64,000 bases of DNA, from assembly GCA_964504365.1 (NCBI GenBank), contig CAZDDW010000001.1:68293-132292 (forward strand), given 5' to 3'. The translations under genes were made by a program, and so were the position numbers. The DNA comes from an uncultured Gammaproteobacteria bacterium (lineage in GTDB: Bacteria; Patescibacteriota; Patescibacteriia; UBA9934; CAZDDW01). Positions 58,369-64,000 of the stretch are shown piece after piece (the first letter of the stretch is position 1; the number at the start of each line of letters is the position of its first letter). Below the pieces are notes generated by a model. It ran no database searches. It saw only the letters and a list, made by a program, of their open reading frames with translations, and was not told the origin of the DNA.

Positions 58369-59511
58369 TTATTTTGAAAAAGCGAATCCTTGAATTACGC
58401 CAATAACAACAGACGGTACCGTTGTTACGGCTTCAACTGGATTCATCATTACGTATCCAATGATAAAGAAAAGTAGCCCAGCAAAACCAAGCAAGGGAAG
58501 GGCTATAACCGCTGTAGCTATTGCTCCCAAGACAACAACATAATCTTCTTTTCGACGACTTGGTTTGTAGCCTGGTGATAATTCGTTCATGAAAGGGACG
58601 GATTTTCCAACACCCTCAAACTTACTGTTAATTCCTCGTACAACTGTTTGTAAGGTGTTGCCCCCAGGGATGGACCCTAAAAGAATTCCAAACCATTGCA
58701 GCACTGTAGCTACCATTTGAACTAGCCACCAAATCCGAGCTGTTTGATCTTCTTTTTTTAGTTTCGCGGTCTTTTGATTTTGTGCCGCTTGCTGTTCAGC
58801 CGCCGCCGCCTGCTGCTGCTGTTCTTGTTCCTGCTGTATTGCAATAAACCCAGCCTGGCTAAGTTGGGCTTGAGCTGTTTGTTGTTGAATGATCATTAAT
58901 CTGTTTTTTCTGGCCAAAGCTTGTCGTTGTATTAAATTGCTTGGCAGGCCACCTGTGTCAGTGGGGGGGGGCAGGCTTGCACCAACAGGGGGAGCCGAGA
59001 CACCTTTACCTGCAATTTGTGTGTCAGGTGCTGTGGTTTGTTCGGCTCTTTCGGCTTGGCGAGAATAAGAGGCGGCTTGGCGAGAAAGATCCCCTGCTTC
59101 TTTTTTAGATTCTTCAGCTTTTTTATCTTCGGTTTTTGCTAAATTTTCTTTTGCCTTCTGCCACTCCCCCAATGTCTGTCCCTTTTCCTGCATTTCTTTT
59201 TCGCGTTCTTTTTGGACTTTTTCCCAGCGCTTTTCACTTACCAGATTTTCCCGCGCTTCACCCTTCTTCATTTTTGATAACCTCACAGCGTCACGAGCTT
59301 TTTTTGACGCCTCTTTGCTCTGGTCGGCTTCTCTTCTTTGGGCTCTGCCTTTGCCGCGAAGATCTTTCGCCTTTTGATCTAATTGGCGACTCTGGGCATT
59401 TGGTCTGTAGGCAACCTGTTTCCCTCCGGGACGATGAATTTGGCCCTGTATTTTTCGGGATCGTGCTAAGTTCTCTGCCCGCCTTTGTTCTTTTAAAGAA
59501 AGAGTAGCCAT
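58369..59511 (-). CDS. Hypothetical coiled-coil/Gln-rich protein with C-terminal TMs
   Basis: K/E/Q-rich helical N-terminus, hydrophobic C-terminus; in operon. Confidence 0.6.
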   Translation of the reverse strand: MATLSLKEQRRAENLARSRKIQGQIHRPGGKQVAYRPNAQSRQLDQKAKDLRGKGRAQRREADQSKEASKKARDAVRLSKMKKGEARENLVSEKRWEKVQKEREKEMQEKGQTLGEWQKAKENLAKTEDKKAEESKKEAGDLSRQAASYSRQAERAEQTTAPDTQIAGKGVSAPPVGASLPPPTDTGGLPSNLIQRQALARKNRLMIIQQQTAQAQLSQAGFIAIQQEQEQQQQAAAAEQQAAQNQKTAKLKKEDQTARIWWLVQMVATVLQWFGILLGSIPGGNTLQTVVRGINSKFEGVGKSVPFMNELSPGYKPSRRKEDYVVVLGAIATAVIALPLLGFAGLLFFIIGYVMMNPVEAVTTVPSVVIGVIQGFAFSK

Positions 59512-59512
59512 A

Positions 59513-62023
59513 TTAAGTTTTCATCGCCTGAACTGCAATTTTATTTTTTATGACCAAGATTTTCAATGTTTTGGCCTCTGGTCGTTTAAGCAGGCGATCA
59601 GCGATTGCTGCCTCAACGTCCCTGCTAATTATTTGTCGAATTGAGCGAGCGCCAGTTTTACTGTCTTTAATCTGGTATACAATATAATCAACTACTTTAC
59701 TATTATAACTTATTTTAACATTATTTTTATCCAGACGTGCGGTTAGCTCGTTTAATTGTTTTTCAGTGATTGCTTTTAAGGTTGTTTGGTCCAGTGTTTT
59801 AAACAGACACACGTTATCAATTCGGTTTAACATCTCTGGTCTAAAACGTTCTTCGAGTTCACTGCGCACGTCATCAAGTAGTTGTTCTGAACGATCAGAG
59901 TCATTGCCGGCAAAACCAATTCCACCATTCATAAATTTTTCTAAACCAACATTAGACGTCATAACAACAATCGTGTTGCGGAAGTTTATGGGTCGACCAG
60001 TAGCATCACTAAGCTCACCATTTTCAAGTATTTGTAACAGCAGATTCTGAACATCTGAATGTGCTTTTTCTAGTTCATCAAACAATACTACACAGTATGG
60101 TCGCTGCTTTACACGATCAGTTAATTTGGCATTTTCACGATAACCAACATATCCAGCAGGCGCACCTATTAATTTAGAAACAGTGAAACCTTCTGCGTAC
60201 TCGGACATGTCTAAACGAATTAAATCATCTGATCCACCAAAAAGTTCTTTGGCTATTGTGTGTGCCAACTCTGTTTTACCAACTCCTGAGGGTCCGATGA
60301 ACAAGAAGGAAGCCAAAGGTCGTTCTGGATGATTGATCCCTGCCTTGGCTCTGCGCATAGCATCAGCCACGGTCTGAATGGTTGTTTCTTGACCAAGTAC
60401 ATGTTTGGATAGTGTTTTCTCAAGTCCGAGCAGTTTCTTAGAAGCCCCTTGCGAAAGATCGTCCAGTGGCACGCCGGTCATGCGAGAAACCACGCGAGCC
60501 ACATCTGCCTCTTCAACTGTTCCAATTAAACCTTGGGCTCGTTCTTCTTGGTGCAGCTTGGTCAGGAGTTTGGCTTTCTTTTCTTCCACCTCTTTTATTT
60601 TAATAGCGTCTTTGAACCGTTCTTCAACAATTGCCTGGCGTTTGTCTTGTTGAACACGTTTAATTTCACGCTCTAACTCGAGCAGCCGTGATGTAATTTC
60701 TGAACTTGTATCAGCGACTCGATGAGCAGCTGCGGCTTCATCGATTAAGTCGATCGCTTTGTCTGGGAGATATTTATCTGGAATGTATCGGATCGATAAG
60801 TCTACAGCAGCCTGGATAGCCGCTTCACTTATCTCAACATTATGAAAGCGTTCATAGTTTTTACAAATACCTTGAAGGATGGCCTGCGTGTCTTCGGCTG
60901 AAGGCTCTTTGATAATCACTGGCTGAAAGCGACGTTCTAACGCGGCATCAGATTCAATGTTCTTTTTAAATTCTGCAGTAGTTGTAGCTCCGATGCAGCG
61001 GATATCACCGCGAGCCAAAGATGGTTTTAAAATATTGGCTGCATCAAGCGATCCGGCGCTGGCTCCTGTGCCCATGATTGTGTGCAGCTCATCAATAAAT
61101 AAAATAATGTTTGCGTTGCCACGCACCTCTTCGATGACCTGTCGTAATCGTTCTTCGAACTCACCACGATACATTGTTCCAGCAATAACTAATGACATGT
61201 CCAAGGCCATGATTCGTTTACCTTGCAAAATCGGCGGCACATCATCTTCAAGAATCCGCTTGGCCAAACCTTCAGCAATAGCAGTCTTACCGACTCCTGG
61301 TTCGCCAAGTAAAACTGGATTATTCTTTGTTCGACGACATAAAATTTCCATAACTCGCTGGATTTCATCATCACGAGCAATAACAGGATCAATATTTTGT
61401 TGAACCTCTTCAGAAGTCAGGTCACGAGCAAAGTAGTCAAGAGCTGGTGTTTTGTTGCTGGTTTCTTTGAGTACAGAAGGCTCAGGTGTATCTTTGATTG
61501 TTACACCCAGCGGCAGCTCTTCCTCGAGCTCATCAATAGTATCTGTGAACTCTGGAAATTTAGAAGTACTTTTTAAAACAACAGCTATCTGTTCATTTAA
61601 TTGTTTGGTATCAATTTTTTCTTTTGCAAAAAAATCCTTAATAGGACGATTTTTAACCTGAAGCAACCCTGAGAGTAAATGTTCAGTACCCACGTACCTG
61701 TGTTCGTAAATATTAGCTGTGAGCACAGCTTTTTCAATTACTCGCTTAGCATCATCAGATAGCACAGGGACAGTCAGGGTGTCTTGGTCAGGACTTGGTT
61801 TAACACCAGTACTACTTTTTTCAATTAGTGTTCGTAAACGATCTGATTTAATTTTACTCTTACTCATTATCTCAGCTCCGATACAGCCTTTTTGTGTTGC
61901 CAGAGCCCAAAGCAAATGTTCAGGCATGATCTGATCCTGGTTAGTTTCCGCGGCAAAAGACAAAGCCTTTGTCAGTACGTTCTTCAGGTGAGTAGTAAAT
62001 TTTTCTACAATATCTGACTGCAT
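59513..62023 (-). CDS. clpC: ATP-dependent Clp protease ATP-binding subunit (ClpC-like)
   Basis: Two Clp-N repeats, GEPGVGKT and GPSGVGKT, UVR-like middle region, GIGF loop. Confidence 0.88.
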   Translation of the reverse strand: MQSDIVEKFTTHLKNVLTKALSFAAETNQDQIMPEHLLWALATQKGCIGAEIMSKSKIKSDRLRTLIEKSSTGVKPSPDQDTLTVPVLSDDAKRVIEKAVLTANIYEHRYVGTEHLLSGLLQVKNRPIKDFFAKEKIDTKQLNEQIAVVLKSTSKFPEFTDTIDELEEELPLGVTIKDTPEPSVLKETSNKTPALDYFARDLTSEEVQQNIDPVIARDDEIQRVMEILCRRTKNNPVLLGEPGVGKTAIAEGLAKRILEDDVPPILQGKRIMALDMSLVIAGTMYRGEFEERLRQVIEEVRGNANIILFIDELHTIMGTGASAGSLDAANILKPSLARGDIRCIGATTTAEFKKNIESDAALERRFQPVIIKEPSAEDTQAILQGICKNYERFHNVEISEAAIQAAVDLSIRYIPDKYLPDKAIDLIDEAAAAHRVADTSSEITSRLLELEREIKRVQQDKRQAIVEERFKDAIKIKEVEEKKAKLLTKLHQEERAQGLIGTVEEADVARVVSRMTGVPLDDLSQGASKKLLGLEKTLSKHVLGQETTIQTVADAMRRAKAGINHPERPLASFLFIGPSGVGKTELAHTIAKELFGGSDDLIRLDMSEYAEGFTVSKLIGAPAGYVGYRENAKLTDRVKQRPYCVVLFDELEKAHSDVQNLLLQILENGELSDATGRPINFRNTIVVMTSNVGLEKFMNGGIGFAGNDSDRSEQLLDDVRSELEERFRPEMLNRIDNVCLFKTLDQTTLKAITEKQLNELTARLDKNNVKISYNSKVVDYIVYQIKDSKTGARSIRQIISRDVEAAIADRLLKRPEAKTLKILVIKNKIAVQAMKT

Positions 62024-62024
62024 A

Positions 62025-62918
62025 TTAAATCATGTCACGCAGTTTTTTAATTCGTTCTTCAATTGGTGGATGGGTTGAAAATAATTTCGAGAATTTCTTC
62101 TTTTTGTGTGGATCAAACGGATTAGCTATGAATAGGTGTGCTGTGGCATGGTTAGCTTTTTTCAGCGGACGATCAATAGCTGCAATTTTTTCTAATGCCT
62201 TGGCCAGACCTTCTGGATATCGAGTAAGTAGTGCAGCTGAAGCATCGGCCAGGTGTTCACGAGATCGAGACACGGCTAATTTGATCAGCTCAGCAAACAG
62301 TGGTGATAAGATGGCCAGAACAATTCCGACAACCATAAGTACGGCAGCAACTTGACCTCCTCGATCAGATGATGAGTCACGACGGCCAAAGAAAAAACTG
62401 CGCATCATCAAATCTGAAAGCAAAATTATCACTCCAACCAGAACAACAACAAGGGTCATCACTCGAATGTCAAAGTTTTTAATATGTGAAAGCTCGTGAG
62501 CCAGCACGCCTTCGAGTTCAGTTCGTTCAAGTACTTTAAGCAATCCTGTGGTCACGGCGATCGAGGCGTGTTCAGGATCACGTCCAGTAGCAAAAGCGTT
62601 CGGTGATGTATCATCAATGATGTAAACCTTTGGCATTGGAACTCCAGCAGCAATGCTTAGGTTTTCAACGTAAGTGTAAAGCTCAAAATTGTCTTCGCGT
62701 GTGGCTTTCTTAGCCCCAGCAGTGAGTAGGCTAACTTTGTCGCCTTTGTAATATCCAATCAAGACCATTATCGTTGCCACTATCGTTGCTATGACAATCC
62801 CTATATTGGGATCACCCCAATACATACCAAAAGCCCAGCCAAGTAAAATAATCACCACCGCGAAGATGGCGATTAACAAAACAGTCTTGCGTTTGTTTTT
62901 AGTAATTTCGTTATACAT
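62025..62918 (-). CDS. htpX: M48 zinc metalloprotease HtpX
   Basis: PNAFATGR, HELSH, SRSREHLAD, STHPPIEERI. Confidence 0.93.
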   Translation of the reverse strand: MYNEITKNKRKTVLLIAIFAVVIILLGWAFGMYWGDPNIGIVIATIVATIMVLIGYYKGDKVSLLTAGAKKATREDNFELYTYVENLSIAAGVPMPKVYIIDDTSPNAFATGRDPEHASIAVTTGLLKVLERTELEGVLAHELSHIKNFDIRVMTLVVVLVGVIILLSDLMMRSFFFGRRDSSSDRGGQVAAVLMVVGIVLAILSPLFAELIKLAVSRSREHLADASAALLTRYPEGLAKALEKIAAIDRPLKKANHATAHLFIANPFDPHKKKKFSKLFSTHPPIEERIKKLRDMI

Positions 62919-62921
62919 GAT

Positions 62922-63479
62922 CTAGAACTTTACGTTCGGGGTTTCATGTACTTCGTCTGGTGCGTCAAAGAATTCTGCAGCTTTGAATCCAAGCATGCCA
63001 GCAATAACGTTAGTTGGGAAGACTTCGATCTTGGTGTTAAAGTCGCGGACAATACCGTTGTAAAAACGGCGTGAGGCCTGAATTTTGTTTTCTGTATCAG
63101 CCAGCTCCTTTTGTAATTGCAAGAAGTTCTGTGACGCTTTTAGGTCTGGATAGTTCTCAGCAACAGCAAACAATGATTTCAGTGTCTCGGACAACATATT
63201 CTCAGTTTTTGCGTGTTCCGCAGGAGTTTTGGCTTGCATTGCTGCAGCGCGTGCTTCTGTTACTTTAGTAAAAACACCTTCCTCGTGTTTGGTAATACCT
63301 TTAACGGTATTAACCAAGTTTGGAATTAGGTCATAGCGTCGCTTGAGCTGTACTTCGATATCGCTCCAAGCTTCTTTTACGCGATTACGTAAAGTGATCA
63401 GGCCGTTATAAGTTAGAATTAGCCAAAAAACAACAGCAACAATGATCACTATAGGGATCCAAATTAACCACATCGGCAT
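62922..63479 (-). CDS. lemA: LemA family protein
   Basis: WSDIEVQLKRRYDLIPNLV, AENYPDLKAS, RRFYN. Confidence 0.95.
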   Translation of the reverse strand: MPMWLIWIPIVIIVAVVFWLILTYNGLITLRNRVKEAWSDIEVQLKRRYDLIPNLVNTVKGITKHEEGVFTKVTEARAAAMQAKTPAEHAKTENMLSETLKSLFAVAENYPDLKASQNFLQLQKELADTENKIQASRRFYNGIVRDFNTKIEVFPTNVIAGMLGFKAAEFFDAPDEVHETPNVKF

Positions 63480-63551
63480 ATATAAAATTTGTTAATTTTA
63501 AGTTTAAAGTCTATAATAAGAGTACTTTATTTAAGCTTAAGTGTCAAAAAC

Positions 63552-64000
63552 ATGAAAAGTTTTCCTGAGGAGATTTTTAAACCTTATGATATTCGAGGTA
63601 CCAATGATCAATTGTCAGAAGAATTAGCACACAAAGCCGGAGCTAGTCTTGTTCATTTAACTAAAGCCAAAACCGTGTTAGTTGGACACGATATACGTGA
63701 TTCAAGCCCTGGGTTACACAAGGCTGCAATTGAAGGAATTATTAGTCAGGGGGCTGATGTGGTTGATATGGGTTTGGCTAGTACACCAACATTTAAGTTT
63801 GCTGTATCTAATTTTGTTGAACATGAAGCCGGCTTGATGATCACAGCTTCTCATAATCCGGCTGAATATAATGGGATTAAGTTTACAGATAGCACGGGAT
63901 ATCCTGTTACAGGTGAAGACATTAAAGAAACCATACTTAATAAGGATTTACCTCAAGTGGAAAAAAGAGGTCAGGTTACGGAACACGATTTCATTGAAGA
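63552..64000 (+). CDS. Phosphomannomutase/phosphoglucomutase (runs off window end)
   Basis: MKSFPEEIFKPYDIRG, GHDIR.SS, ITASHNPAEYNGIK. Confidence 0.9.
   Translation, partial: MKSFPEEIFKPYDIRGTNDQLSEELAHKAGASLVHLTKAKTVLVGHDIRDSSPGLHKAAIEGIISQGADVVDMGLASTPTFKFAVSNFVEHEAGLMITASHNPAEYNGIKFTDSTGYPVTGEDIKETILNKDLPQVEKRGQVTEHDFIE

Overview
Chromosomal window from a reduced-genome bacterium. Gene content, SD-less AT-rich starts and the T4SS-like cluster point to Patescibacteria/CPR, probably Parcubacteria/ABY1 (inference). TGA is used as stop and RF2 is present, so the code is standard. The core backbone has yraN, nusA, yidC, groES/EL with a CIRCE-like operator, prfB, envelope glycosylation genes, tsaC, rsmA, three tRNAs, recG, a radA-to-lemA operon and a truncated PMM/PGM. 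There is also a 3198-aa Cys-rich surface protein, a VirB6-PrgI-VirB4-VirB8-like cluster followed by comF, and two pilin-M15 peptidase fusions. Most striking is the island at about 27.0-33.6 kb, built from three divergent gene pairs. Two small membrane ORFs share an identical 39-bp terminator-like leader. A ~370-nt structured leader upstream of an M23 peptidase lipoprotein carries a perfect 16-nt antisense match to that leader, suggesting a trans-acting RNA antitermination circuit. Other candidates are a PaaX/Cas2-like gene bracketed by related 42-bp palindromes, a leader-peptide attenuator upstream of an MFS gene, a REP-like doublet inserted in frame in recG, and tRNA-Arg with a GCG anticodon. 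All calls were made by eye; no searches or folding programs were run.
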